From an uncultured Saprospirales bacterium (lineage in GTDB: Bacteria > Bacteroidota > Bacteroidia > Chitinophagales > JADIYW01), in assembly GCA_938008535.1 (NCBI GenBank), contig CALLKF010000155.1, positions 10,885 to 74,884 on the forward strand: a stretch of DNA of 64,000 bases, read 5' to 3'. Each line of letters starts with the position of its first letter. The stretch's first letter is position 1. Shown here in pieces: positions 28,692 to 38,813 of the stretch. The position numbers were made by a program, and so were the translations under genes. The notes under the pieces were generated by a model. It had not been told where the DNA came from. It did no database searches and saw nothing but the letters and a program-made list of their open reading frames with translations.

Positions 28692-28772
28692 AATTAGTAA
28701 TTTTATGCAGAATTGAAGAAAAGTGATGATTTAATTAAAATTTAGGATTGCTTTTTTAAATAATAATACCTA

Positions 28773-29888
28773 ATGAACCTAACGCAGCAAGAACGATTCC
28801 ATTATCTTGATAGTTTAAGAGGATTAGCAGCATTGGCTGTCTTTTTTTCTCATTTAATTGGCGCATTTGGATTACCTAATAAGTTAATGTTTCTTCAAAG
28901 AAGTCCAATTCGTATTTTTTGGCATGGAGAAGGTGCCGTATTTTTCTTTTTTTTATTAAGTGGATTCGTTTTGACTAAACAATTAGACAATTCTAAAGAT
29001 ATGTTTAATTTAAAAAGTTTATTTGAATATGCACTATTAAGAATAAACAGAATTTATCCATCATTTGCATTTATTTTAATTACTAGTTATTTTCTTAGAA
29101 ATCGTTTTATATCTGACTATTCATTAATTTCATTTTCTTCTGACTGGATAATTGGTATAAGTAAAGTATCGTTAAGTTTTTCAACATTAATAAAGGAATT
29201 AAGCGTTATTTTTAATGTAGAAAGTGCTATTCGAATTATACCTATAAGTTGGACGTTATCATCAGAAATAGTTATTTCAATTTGTATGCCAATATTATAT
29301 TTTGTTTGTAAAAAAAACTGGATGGTTGGACTAGTATTCTTTTATTATTCAACAAAATTTTTAGGAATATATACTTTTGTAATAATATTTATAATAGGTA
29401 TAGTTATTTATTTACAAAGAAATAAAATAATCAATAGCATAAAACCACTCCATAAATTTTTAAAAGTTTTAATCTTATTTTTTGGCATACTGCTTTTTAC
29501 ATTTCCATTTTATATCCAAACTCCATGGGTAAATAAAATAGCATCTGTTTTATTTATACATAGTATTTTACCAGGTTGTGTTGTATTGTTTATACTCGTT
29601 TTATCATCTACTTCAATTCAAAAAATATTGACAAACAATTGGTTGCAATTTTTAGGAAAGATTTCTTATTCTTTATATTTAACACATTTCACTTTCTTGC
29701 TATTGGTTTCATATCCAATGATTGTTTATGTCAATAAAATAGCAGGAACTAACTTACTGTTTGTAAGATTGACAACTTATATTGCTTTAACCATAGGAAT
29801 ATTATGCACTGCTAGCGCATTCTACTATTTATTTGAACATCCATTACACATAAAAGGAAAAAAACTTATAAAGGATTATTTTCTATAA
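28773..29888 (+). CDS. Acyltransferase family 3 membrane protein (O-acyltransferase)
   Basis: FHYLDSLRGLAALAVFFSH N-terminal motif; about 10 hydrophobic segments. Confidence 0.8.
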   Translation: MNLTQQERFHYLDSLRGLAALAVFFSHLIGAFGLPNKLMFLQRSPIRIFWHGEGAVFFFFLLSGFVLTKQLDNSKDMFNLKSLFEYALLRINRIYPSFAFILITSYFLRNRFISDYSLISFSSDWIIGISKVSLSFSTLIKELSVIFNVESAIRIIPISWTLSSEIVISICMPILYFVCKKNWMVGLVFFYYSTKFLGIYTFVIIFIIGIVIYLQRNKIINSIKPLHKFLKVLILFFGILLFTFPFYIQTPWVNKIASVLFIHSILPGCVVLFILVLSSTSIQKILTNNWLQFLGKISYSLYLTHFTFLLLVSYPMIVYVNKIAGTNLLFVRLTTYIALTIGILCTASAFYYLFEHPLHIKGKKLIKDYFL

Positions 29889-30031
29889 TAGTTGCTAGTC
29901 TTAATTTTATTGATTACTTTTAACTTATATAGCAAAAGACATTTTTTGCTGGTAGTTCTATTGAATATTTATTTATTTAAATAACTATTAATGCAACAAA
30001 AATGTTTAAAACACACCTCAAAGTAATAAAC

Positions 30032-33000
30032 ATGAAAAATTTATTTAAAATATTTTTAACGCTGGTTATTTTCTTTAGTATATCATTTACATATAGCAGT
30101 GATATTATTTCAGTGGTTCAACCTAAAAATAATACAACATTTGAAAACCCAACAATTCAACTTTCTTGGAATAAATCAATACTTGCTACCACGTATAACA
30201 TACAATTATCAATAGATTCTTTGTTTTCTTCTTTATTAGTCAACTCTACTCAAGTTCAAAATTTTATAAATTACACTGTTCCAACAACTAACACAACTTA
30301 CTATTGGCGTGTAAAGTGCAATTTAGATGTTTCTTGGGGTGGCTTTTATCGGTTTTCCATTTTTAAACCAAGCGATTTTAGTGGAATAAAGTTTCATAGC
30401 AAATCAGATCAAGGAGTAACTACCAGTGGAAATTTGGTTACACAATGGAATGATTTGTCTTCTAATAGCAATCATGTGAAACAATCTGACCCAAGTTCAC
30501 AACCTACTTTAAAACCAGGTGTTGCTTTATTAAATAATTATCCTATTATACGATTTGCAGAAAATGCTTCTTCACCAGATATTTTATATTTTACTAATCA
30601 AATTCCTTTGTCAGACTTTACCGCCTTCACTCTTAATAGCTATGTGGCCAATGCAAATAAACCAGCTCAGGTTTTATTAGGTGGCTCAATAAGTGGTTTT
30701 TTTATGGAATATGCAAATAATGGCTATAAACAAGGCATCCTTTCCGCTGGTGCTTCATCTTTTCTTGCTGCAAATGGAAGTGATTTAAATACAAAATATT
30801 CTATTTATTCATTTAGAAATAACTCTCTTAAAAAAAATAAGTTTCCACCTTCAGCACTGGCAATCAACCAACTTATTGCTAATATTACACTAGATAATAT
30901 TGGTGCTAGAGGTGATGCATCTAGTTTTAATTTTGAAGGAGATTTAGCTGAAGTTCTTATTTATGACAATAGATTAGATAGCACAAAAACATCACGAGTT
31001 GAAGATTATCTTCACACAAAGTATGCACCACCAGTAAATTTAGGTCCTGATACAGTTTATGGCAATTCATTCTGCGATACACTCACTATTTCTGCGTCTA
31101 ATAGATATGTTTCCTATTTATGGTCAACAGGCCAAACAACACCATCCATAAAAACAACGGCAAATGGCACTTATTCTGTTAAAGTAAAAGATGTTTTCGG
31201 CTTTGAAAGCACAGATGATATTGTTATTTTGCCTTATAAGAGATTAGGTAACAAAACAGTATACTTATGTAAAGGCGATACGCTTAAATTAGATTTAAAT
31301 CTACCTGCTGGATTTGCTGCCACTTGGTCAAATGGAATAAATTCTGACAAAATAAACTTGTCCCAAAGTGGTACATTTAGAGTAACAATTACAGATGGAA
31401 GAAGTTGCATTTTTAAAGACACCATTAATTTGATAGTTAACCAAACCAATTTTACACCAGCTATTATTAATAAAACACTCAGGATTTGCGAGGATGAGAA
31501 GCTGTATTTTCAATCAAATATACCAACAGAAAGTATATTATGGTCAAATGGTGACGTTACTGATTTTACATCTTTTACGTCATCAGGTATTCAAAGTATA
31601 TTTATTAAAACAGTAAATGGTTGTATTGTAAAAGATACATTTAATGTTATAATTACAGGTAAAGCACCAACAGCGAATTTTATTACAAGTACAGTTTGTC
31701 AAAATGTGGCTACTTCGTTTACAAATATATCAACATTACCACCAGGAGATGTAATTGCATCTTTGAATTGGAATTTTAGCAATGGTTCAACTTCAACAGC
31801 ATCGAATCCAAGTGTCATTTTTAATACTGTTGGTATAACTTCTGCTTCTTTAAAAATAAAAACAGATAAAGGTTGTACTGATTCAATTTTTAAAACGTTT
31901 ACAAATAACAAGAGACCAAAAGCTGAATTTGAAACTCGGCTTTCTTGTTCAGGAAACCCAACACAGTTTGTGGATAGAAGTAGAGTTGGAAATGCTAATA
32001 TAACTACCTATAATTGGCTTTTTGGAAACAATCCTACAGCATTTTTTGCACAAAATCCTCAGTATGAATTTCCAGACCAAGGAACATATCCAGTGTTATT
32101 AAAGGTAAGCGATGAAAACGGTTGCACAGACACTTTAACACAGAATATCTTCGTAAATCCGTCTCCTGTTTCTAATTTTTCATTCGATTCTGCCTGTGGA
32201 AGAACACCAGTAAATTTTAAATTTTTAGCAACAGTTCAAAGTCCGTTTACATTATTAGAAAATTTTATTTGGTCTTTTGGTGATGGAAATGAAAAAAGAG
32301 CTATTTATGATCCAAATAATATTTATGCGAGTCCAGGTGTTTATTCGGTAAGTTTAGCTGTTCAAGCATCTAATCAGTGTGTAGATACGGTTACCAAACA
32401 AATCCGTGTCTTTGATTTTCCAGTAGTAGATTTTACAGTTTCACCTACTCAATGCGTGAATAAAGAAATTCAATTTACCGATATTTCTTCGACACCAGAT
32501 GGAACACCAATCAATGATTGGAAATGGTATTTTTCTGGACAATCTACATCAACAGAACAAAATCCGAGATATGCATTTAACGCTCAAGGAAATTATACGG
32601 TACAATTAACTGCGAAAAATCTGGTTGGCTGTGTTGGTACAAAATTGCGTTCTATAGCAGTTTCTCAGGCACCTGTTCCTCAGTTTACATTTACACCACA
32701 AAATGGATTGCCTCCATTATGCGTTACATACAATAACCAATCTGCAACCAATGGTAATTATATTTGGAACTATGGCGATAATAGTCCAAGTATAAGCGGA
32801 TATAATCCTCCACAACATTGCTATAACTCTGTCGGAAACTATCCAATTACATTGGTTTCTACAGATTTCAGAGGTTGCACAGACACTGCACGAAAATTTA
32901 TTTTGGTAGACAGAGTAATTTTAGATGGTGCTATGGTAAGTTTAATCATAACACCAACTGGCGATTTTTACAAGGTTCAGGCAAATATTGTAAACAATAG

Positions 33001-33505
33001 CAATGTAGAAATCACAGCACTTGGTTTAAATTTACAACTTGGTGGTGGATCTGTAATTCGTGAAAATTGGACTGGAAGTTTATTGCCAGGACAAGCAACC
33101 ACTTATCAATTTAATGGAGAAATAAAACTTTCAGAAAGCAACCAAATTCCTGTTATTTGTGCAAGTATTGATAACGTAAATAATTTTTCGCCAGAAAATA
33201 GAACAGACAATAACAGCACTTGCAAAGAAGTAAAAGTTGGACAATTTGATGTATTAAATTTATACCCAAATCCTGCGTATGAAACGCTAAATTTTGGTGT
33301 AATGTTACCTGAAGACGGAAAAGTATCCATTGGTTTTATAACCATTTTAGGTCAGTTAGAATATCAACTTACTTTTAATGGATTAAAAGGTTATAATACT
33401 TTTGCAACCAGCACAATACCATTAAATGCAGCTGTTTACGTAGCCGAAATTATGTATGATGGACAAGTGATTCGTAAGAAATTTATGAGAAAAGATAGAA
33501 AATAA
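30032..33505 (+). CDS. Large secreted LamG-like/PKD-repeat protein with a T9SS C-terminal sorting domain (adhesin-like cargo)
   Basis: Signal peptide from the second Met (MKNLFKIFLTLVIFF). LamG-like GDLAEVLIYDNRLDS. At least 5 repeats of the F..S..C.....V.F.N.S...........W.FGDG PKD pattern. CTD LNLYPNPAYETLNFGV...VYVAEIMYDGQVIRKKF. Confidence 0.85.
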   Translation: MKNLFKIFLTLVIFFSISFTYSSDIISVVQPKNNTTFENPTIQLSWNKSILATTYNIQLSIDSLFSSLLVNSTQVQNFINYTVPTTNTTYYWRVKCNLDVSWGGFYRFSIFKPSDFSGIKFHSKSDQGVTTSGNLVTQWNDLSSNSNHVKQSDPSSQPTLKPGVALLNNYPIIRFAENASSPDILYFTNQIPLSDFTAFTLNSYVANANKPAQVLLGGSISGFFMEYANNGYKQGILSAGASSFLAANGSDLNTKYSIYSFRNNSLKKNKFPPSALAINQLIANITLDNIGARGDASSFNFEGDLAEVLIYDNRLDSTKTSRVEDYLHTKYAPPVNLGPDTVYGNSFCDTLTISASNRYVSYLWSTGQTTPSIKTTANGTYSVKVKDVFGFESTDDIVILPYKRLGNKTVYLCKGDTLKLDLNLPAGFAATWSNGINSDKINLSQSGTFRVTITDGRSCIFKDTINLIVNQTNFTPAIINKTLRICEDEKLYFQSNIPTESILWSNGDVTDFTSFTSSGIQSIFIKTVNGCIVKDTFNVIITGKAPTANFITSTVCQNVATSFTNISTLPPGDVIASLNWNFSNGSTSTASNPSVIFNTVGITSASLKIKTDKGCTDSIFKTFTNNKRPKAEFETRLSCSGNPTQFVDRSRVGNANITTYNWLFGNNPTAFFAQNPQYEFPDQGTYPVLLKVSDENGCTDTLTQNIFVNPSPVSNFSFDSACGRTPVNFKFLATVQSPFTLLENFIWSFGDGNEKRAIYDPNNIYASPGVYSVSLAVQASNQCVDTVTKQIRVFDFPVVDFTVSPTQCVNKEIQFTDISSTPDGTPINDWKWYFSGQSTSTEQNPRYAFNAQGNYTVQLTAKNLVGCVGTKLRSIAVSQAPVPQFTFTPQNGLPPLCVTYNNQSATNGNYIWNYGDNSPSISGYNPPQHCYNSVGNYPITLVSTDFRGCTDTARKFILVDRVILDGAMVSLIITPTGDFYKVQANIVNNSNVEITALGLNLQLGGGSVIRENWTGSLLPGQATTYQFNGEIKLSESNQIPVICASIDNVNNFSPENRTDNNSTCKEVKVGQFDVLNLYPNPAYETLNFGVMLPEDGKVSIGFITILGQLEYQLTFNGLKGYNTFATSTIPLNAAVYVAEIMYDGQVIRKKFMRKDRK

Positions 33506-34366
33506 TTATAGGTTCCTAATTCTTTCAACAATATCAATTGATGGCTTTACAACTGTGGTTGTGAAGCCATTTTGGTTTATAATGGCTTGATAAGATTTTG
33601 TATGTAAATCAGTAAAACCATCTGTAAATTCATAGGTTTTGCCATCAATAATAATACTTCTTTTGGGTTCTAAATTTTGTTCAATGCTTAAATTCCAATG
33701 CACATTTGCGTTTTCTAATTCTAAGTTTCCAACACTGTTAGTTGGACTATTTTTTTCTACAGAAATAGTTTTCACATCACCAAATAACCAACCTACAAGG
33801 TCGAATAGGTGAATGCCAATATTAGTTGCAATTCCACCAGATTTTTGTTCATCACCTTTCCAACTATTGTGATACCATTTCCCGCGTGGAGTGTTGTAAA
33901 TAATTTCTACATTGTATTTTTTGTCGAGATAAATTTCTTTTTTTAACTCTTGCAACATTGGATGCAAACGTAGTTGAAGTATAGTATAAATGTTTTTGTT
34001 AGTGTAGCTTTCAGCGTCTATTAAATTATTTAAGCTTTCAATAGTAAGTGTTAATGGTTTTTCGCAAATGACATCTGCATTTAATTTTAAACCAGCATAG
34101 CAATGTTCTTCGTGCAAATAATTTGGCGAGCAAACTACTAAATAATCAATCGATGTTTTTTCCATCAAGAAATCATAAAAAGAAAATTCATCTTTAAAAA
34201 ACTCACAATCTGGAAAATAAGCATCTAAAATTCCAACTGAATCTGCAATATCTAAAGCAGCTACTAAATTGCCACCAATTTCTTTTATTGCTTTTAAATG
34301 TCGCGGTGCGATATAGCCAGCAGTACCAATAATTGCGAAGTTTTTGTTCATTAGTTCAATGGACAT
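33506..34366 (-). CDS. Gfo/Idh/MocA oxidoreductase, WbpB-like (UDP-2-acetamido-2-deoxy-glucuronate 3-oxidase-like)
   Basis: FAIIGTAGYIAPRHLKAI Rossmann start. Operonic with a DegT aminotransferase and a hexapeptide acetyltransferase. Confidence 0.7.
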   Translation of the reverse strand: MSIELMNKNFAIIGTAGYIAPRHLKAIKEIGGNLVAALDIADSVGILDAYFPDCEFFKDEFSFYDFLMEKTSIDYLVVCSPNYLHEEHCYAGLKLNADVICEKPLTLTIESLNNLIDAESYTNKNIYTILQLRLHPMLQELKKEIYLDKKYNVEIIYNTPRGKWYHNSWKGDEQKSGGIATNIGIHLFDLVGWLFGDVKTISVEKNSPTNSVGNLELENANVHWNLSIEQNLEPKRSIIIDGKTYEFTDGFTDLHTKSYQAIINQNGFTTTVVKPSIDIVERIRNL

Positions 34367-34421
34367 TATTCATTAGAATTTGTATAGAATAATTGTTGTT
34401 TGAAAAACAGAAACGTATACC

Positions 34422-34991
34422 TTATAGCTTTATAACACTATAACCGTTTTCAATTTTATATTTTTCATTCGTTATTTTGCAAACAGCCATTTCGTTTTCA
34501 AAAATTAATTTTGCGCCAGCTTCACTCATCCATCCATCTTGTTTTGCAGGATTTCCTTTCATCAGTGCAAAGTTTTTTACATCTTTTGTAATTACACAAC
34601 CAGCGCCAATAAATGCATATTCACCAATCGTAACACCACAAATAATCGTTGCATTTGCGCCAATGCTTGCGCCTTTTTTTATCAATGTCTTTTTGTATTC
34701 ATTTTTGCGTTCAATAAAACTTCGTGGATTAATAACGTTTGTAAAAACAGCTGATGGTCCAATAAAAACATCGTCTTCAATTATAACACCTTCGTATAAA
34801 GAAACATTATTTTGCACTTTTACATTATTGCCAATTTGCACTTTATTTGAAATAAAAACATTTTGTCCAAAATTGCAATTTTCACCAATTACAGCGTGCA
34901 TCACATGGCTAAAATGCCATATTTTACTGCCATTTCCGATAGTTGCACCATCATCAACAATTGCGGTTTCGTGTTTGTAATAATTACTCAT
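34422..34991 (-). CDS. Left-handed beta-helix (hexapeptide) N-acetyltransferase, WbpD-like
   Basis: [25 protein letters not shown] followed by hexapeptide repeats. Start placed at the Met of MSNYYKHE (ATGAGTAA overlap with the upstream stop). Confidence 0.78.
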   Translation of the reverse strand: MSNYYKHETAIVDDGATIGNGSKIWHFSHVMHAVIGENCNFGQNVFISNKVQIGNNVKVQNNVSLYEGVIIEDDVFIGPSAVFTNVINPRSFIERKNEYKKTLIKKGASIGANATIICGVTIGEYAFIGAGCVITKDVKNFALMKGNPAKQDGWMSEAGAKLIFENEMAVCKITNEKYKIENGYSVIKL

Positions 34992-36078
34992 TCGTAGCAA
35001 AAAACTCATTTATACTATCACAAATATACAATAATTGTTCTTCTGTAATTTCTGGATAGACTGGTATTGATAATGCAACTTGACATAAATATTCTGCATT
35101 CGGCAAATATAAATCTTGTTGCAAAAATGCTTTTTGATAATGTGCTGGCATTGGATAATTTACAATGGTATCTATTTTTTTCTTTGTTAAGAATGCTCGT
35201 AATTTATCTCTAAAATTATTTTTTACTTTAATGGTGTATAGGTGATAAATATGAGGTTGAGTAACAGCAGGCAACTCAATTTCAGCAACATCTTTTAATT
35301 TATTAAAGTAAAAATCTGCGTTGTTTTTACGTTGTTGGTTATAGCTTTCTAGATGTGGTAATTTTACTCGAAGAACAGCTGCCTGAATGGCATCTAATCG
35401 AGAATTAATGCCAACAATATCATGAATATATTTCTCGGTTTGTCCATGATTGGTAATTTTTCGTATTTGTTTTGCTAATTCATCATCATTACAAAATACG
35501 GCACCACCATCGCCAAATGCGCCTAAATTTTTAGTTGGATAAAAAGAAGTGGTGATTATAGAATTTCTCGAAATATTTTTTTCGGCACCTAATGCTTGTG
35601 CATTGTCTTCAATTAAATGAATATTGTTTTGTTGTGTAAACGCATAGATTTTGTCTATTTCGCACAGTTGTCCAAATAGATGCACTGCAATAATTGCTTT
35701 CACATCTGATGTAAAAACAGCTTTTATATTTTCTACTGTAAGGTTGAATGTGTTGACATCAACATCGGCAAAAACCAATTCAAACCCTAGAAATTTTATC
35801 ACTTCAACAGGTGCAATGTAAGTAAAAGCTGGAACGATGATTTTGCTGCCTTTGGGTAAGTTCAACGCCATCAAAGCAATTTGCAACGCATCGGTTCCGT
35901 TTCCACAACTAATACAATGCCTTATGTTGATATATTTTGCAACATTTTGCTCAAAATCATGTACTTTTTTTCCGCCAATAAATTGTGTATCTAATAAACA
36001 ATCTTGAATAGCAGTATCAATATCGCTTTTTAGTGAAAGATATTGAGTTCGTAAATCAATCATTGGAATTGGTAGCAT
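34984..36078 (-). CDS. DegT/DnrJ/EryC1/StrS PLP-dependent sugar aminotransferase, WbpE-like
   Basis: 364 aa; PLP-lysine region [17 protein letters not shown]. Confidence 0.85.
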   Translation of the reverse strand: MLPIPMIDLRTQYLSLKSDIDTAIQDCLLDTQFIGGKKVHDFEQNVAKYINIRHCISCGNGTDALQIALMALNLPKGSKIIVPAFTYIAPVEVIKFLGFELVFADVDVNTFNLTVENIKAVFTSDVKAIIAVHLFGQLCEIDKIYAFTQQNNIHLIEDNAQALGAEKNISRNSIITTSFYPTKNLGAFGDGGAVFCNDDELAKQIRKITNHGQTEKYIHDIVGINSRLDAIQAAVLRVKLPHLESYNQQRKNNADFYFNKLKDVAEIELPAVTQPHIYHLYTIKVKNNFRDKLRAFLTKKKIDTIVNYPMPAHYQKAFLQQDLYLPNAEYLCQVALSIPVYPEITEEQLLYICDSINEFFATNE

Positions 36079-36147
36079 ATTGCAATAAAGGTAAGTATTT
36101 CCGATGTGTATTGAAAAGAATAAAAAAGATAAATGCCTTTTTTTTTA

Positions 36148-36155
36148 TAATTTTG
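36148..36155 (+). promoter_or_regulatory. Candidate -7 box (TAnnTTTG)
   Basis: TAATTTTG lies 15 nt upstream of ATG 36171, in a 92-bp divergent intergenic region. Confidence 0.3.
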
Positions 36156-36170
36156 CACTGCAACTAAATT

Positions 36171-37595
36171 ATGTCTTTTCGAAATAAGATTATTTCTTTC
36201 TTAGATAATAAAAAAGTCTTTTATTGTTTATGGTCGCTTTTACTACTTCAAGTAATAGTGTTGTTTTTTATTACGCACAATGGCTTGTCTCGTGACCATG
36301 ACACATACATGTTTTATGTGAAAGGTCTAGAACGTGGTAGATATTCTTATTGGTATTTTTTAAAAGAATATATTCCAGATACCTTTAGAAATCCAGGTTA
36401 TCCATTTTTTTTGTATGCACTTAGTTTTATTAATGATTCAGTACTTGTAGTTCAAGTAGCACAACTACTATTGTATATAATTGCGTTGTTTATCATGTTG
36501 CGCATTATAGATTTCTATGACAAACAAATTCTTTTAAAATCGATTTTTACAATTTTATTAATGCTCAATTTTATTGTTTCATCTTACACAACCTATATTT
36601 ATCCAGAAGCAATAATGATTTTTTTGGTTACACTTATTCTTTATATAGAGTTGTATCATGATTACAAAAAGTGGAAGAATACATTTTTGCTCGTTCTGCT
36701 TTATGCTTTATGTTTTCAAATTCGACCTGTTATTCTATTTATACCTTTTTTGCGTTTTGCGTACTATTTATATAAATACCAAAAATCGTATTTGCTAAAA
36801 AACATAGTATTTATCTTTTTATTTATTACAAGTTTGTTGCCTTATGGGTTTTGGAATTTAAAACATCATCATACATTTAAAATTACACCTTTAGAAGGTG
36901 GTGGTGGTGTGATGCATTTAGGATATTGGAGTCCAAAAATGATTAACTATGTGGAAGGTCGTTATTGGCAAAATATTATGTATGATGAACATTTTATTTC
37001 TTTTGATGATGATAAAAATATTCCAGAAAATATTCGACTTTTTAATCAAGAATGGGACAGCATCGATCGTGTTTGTGCAAAATATTTAACGGCAAAAGAC
37101 ACACTCATCATTACTGAGATGAAAAAATATCCAGATCTTTTTGAAACTTATAACTCTACTTATACAATTGAACGGGAAAAAATATTAAAACAATTAGCAG
37201 TTAAACATTATCTAAGTGATTTAAAGTATACTTTTAAATTGAAAGCATATTCCTTTTTTAGATTGTGGTTTAATGGCTTGGTAATGAATAAGCATTCTGC
37301 AGGAAATATAGATTATGGTTTTATTCCTGTATTAATTACATTTAGTACTACCTTTTTCACTTTTATTTTGTTTCTGATTCATTTTATATATTGCTTGTTT
37401 AAGAAACGCAAAGTAATTATGCAACTTATTTTACCTTTATTACTTTGCTTATATTTCGATGTCTTACATTTGCCTTTTGCTATTCAATCACGTTATACTA
37501 TTCCTGTTCGTATGTTGTACATATTCTCATTATCTTTTATGTTGTATAAAATTTATTTTGAAGAACAAAAACATGACAGTGTCACAAACGACTGA
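36171..37595 (+). CDS. Polytopic membrane protein, GT-C (ArnT/PMT, GT39-like) glycosyltransferase candidate
   Basis: 474 aa, more than 10 hydrophobic segments, FRNPGYPFFLYAL loop motif near the N-terminus. An O-antigen polymerase role cannot be excluded. Confidence 0.55.
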   Translation: MSFRNKIISFLDNKKVFYCLWSLLLLQVIVLFFITHNGLSRDHDTYMFYVKGLERGRYSYWYFLKEYIPDTFRNPGYPFFLYALSFINDSVLVVQVAQLLLYIIALFIMLRIIDFYDKQILLKSIFTILLMLNFIVSSYTTYIYPEAIMIFLVTLILYIELYHDYKKWKNTFLLVLLYALCFQIRPVILFIPFLRFAYYLYKYQKSYLLKNIVFIFLFITSLLPYGFWNLKHHHTFKITPLEGGGGVMHLGYWSPKMINYVEGRYWQNIMYDEHFISFDDDKNIPENIRLFNQEWDSIDRVCAKYLTAKDTLIITEMKKYPDLFETYNSTYTIEREKILKQLAVKHYLSDLKYTFKLKAYSFFRLWFNGLVMNKHSAGNIDYGFIPVLITFSTTFFTFILFLIHFIYCLFKKRKVIMQLILPLLLCLYFDVLHLPFAIQSRYTIPVRMLYIFSLSFMLYKIYFEEQKHDSVTND

Positions 37596-37691
37596 TGAAT
37601 ATGTTGCGATTGTTGATAGGTATAAAATAAAAACAAAAAATGACTTTTAATTGATTCCATCTGCACCCTTAAAAAAAGTAAATTTATACAG

Positions 37692-38771
37692 ATGAAAAAA
37701 AAAGTATTATTTCTTTCACCATATCCATTTGGAAAAGCAGCCAGTCAAAGGTTGAAATATGAACAATATTTTGCGCATTTTGAAGCAAATGGTTTTGAGT
37801 TAGAAACAAGTTCTTTTGTAGATAATCATTTTTGGGAAATAATCTATAAACCAGGATTTCTGCTTTGTAAAATTACAGGCACAGCACGCGGTTATGTTCG
37901 TCGTTTTTTAGATTTATTTCGATTACATCGCTATGATATTATTTACATTCATCTTTGGGCAACACCACTCGGTCCGCCTATTTTTGAATGGATGATTCGA
38001 AAACTTTCTAAAAAAATTGTGTACGATATCGACGATATGATTTATAAATCGGAAGGTTCTGCAATGAATAATTTAGTGCATATGCTAAAAGGAAAAAATA
38101 AATCGATTGCACTAATGAAATATGCAGACCATGTTATTACTTGTACACCAGACTTAAACGATTTTGCCAAACAATATTGCGCCAACTGCACTGATATTTC
38201 TTCTACTTTAGATACGGAACGACTTTTTCCTGTAAATAAATATATAAACGACAAACCTGTTGTTATTGGCTGGACTGGCACACATTCAACCGTTCCTTAT
38301 TTACATTTATTAGATACCGTTTTTCAGAAATTAGCAAAAGAACGTACGTTTAAACTGCGTGTTATTGGTAATTTTAAATTTCAATTAAATGATGTTGAAT
38401 TTGAATATTTCGATTGGAATAAAGAAGACGAAGCAGCTCAATTACAAGGTATGGATATTGGTGTATATCCGTTGCCAACAGATGCGTGGGTAATGGGTAA
38501 AAGTGGACTCAAGGCATTAACATATATGACTGTCGGATTGCCTGTAGTTGCCACAAATGTTGGTGCAGCTATCAATCGTGTAATTACTGAAAACGAAAAT
38601 GGTTTTTTAGTAAAAACAGAAGCCGAATGGTTAGAAAAACTAAAATATTTATTAGATAATCCAAAAGAAAGAGAAAGAATTGGCAAAAATGCACGCAAAA
38701 CTGTTCTTCAAAATTTTTCCATAGAAGCAAACAAACCCGTATATTTGAGCATTCTAAAATCGTTAATTTAA
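37692..38771 (+). CDS. Glycosyltransferase, GT4/GT-B
   Basis: GKSGLKALTYMTVGLPVVATNVG region; 359 aa. Confidence 0.75.
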   Translation: MKKKVLFLSPYPFGKAASQRLKYEQYFAHFEANGFELETSSFVDNHFWEIIYKPGFLLCKITGTARGYVRRFLDLFRLHRYDIIYIHLWATPLGPPIFEWMIRKLSKKIVYDIDDMIYKSEGSAMNNLVHMLKGKNKSIALMKYADHVITCTPDLNDFAKQYCANCTDISSTLDTERLFPVNKYINDKPVVIGWTGTHSTVPYLHLLDTVFQKLAKERTFKLRVIGNFKFQLNDVEFEYFDWNKEDEAAQLQGMDIGVYPLPTDAWVMGKSGLKALTYMTVGLPVVATNVGAAINRVITENENGFLVKTEAEWLEKLKYLLDNPKERERIGKNARKTVLQNFSIEANKPVYLSILKSLI

Positions 38772-38813
38772 AGATTCTTTTGTTTAGCAATCGTTTCTTT
38801 CCAAAAAACAAGT

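Noticed and set aside
34477-34980. A 167-aa plus-strand ORF inside the WbpD-like gene. The same reasoning covers similar long antisense ORFs at 52308-52739, 4554-4789, 38042-38811, 54050-54910 and others in the track.
   Set aside because: Each is fully contained within a gene whose own frame carries strong family motifs. Hexapeptide-repeat and AT-rich genes commonly leave long open antisense frames. No independent signal supports them.
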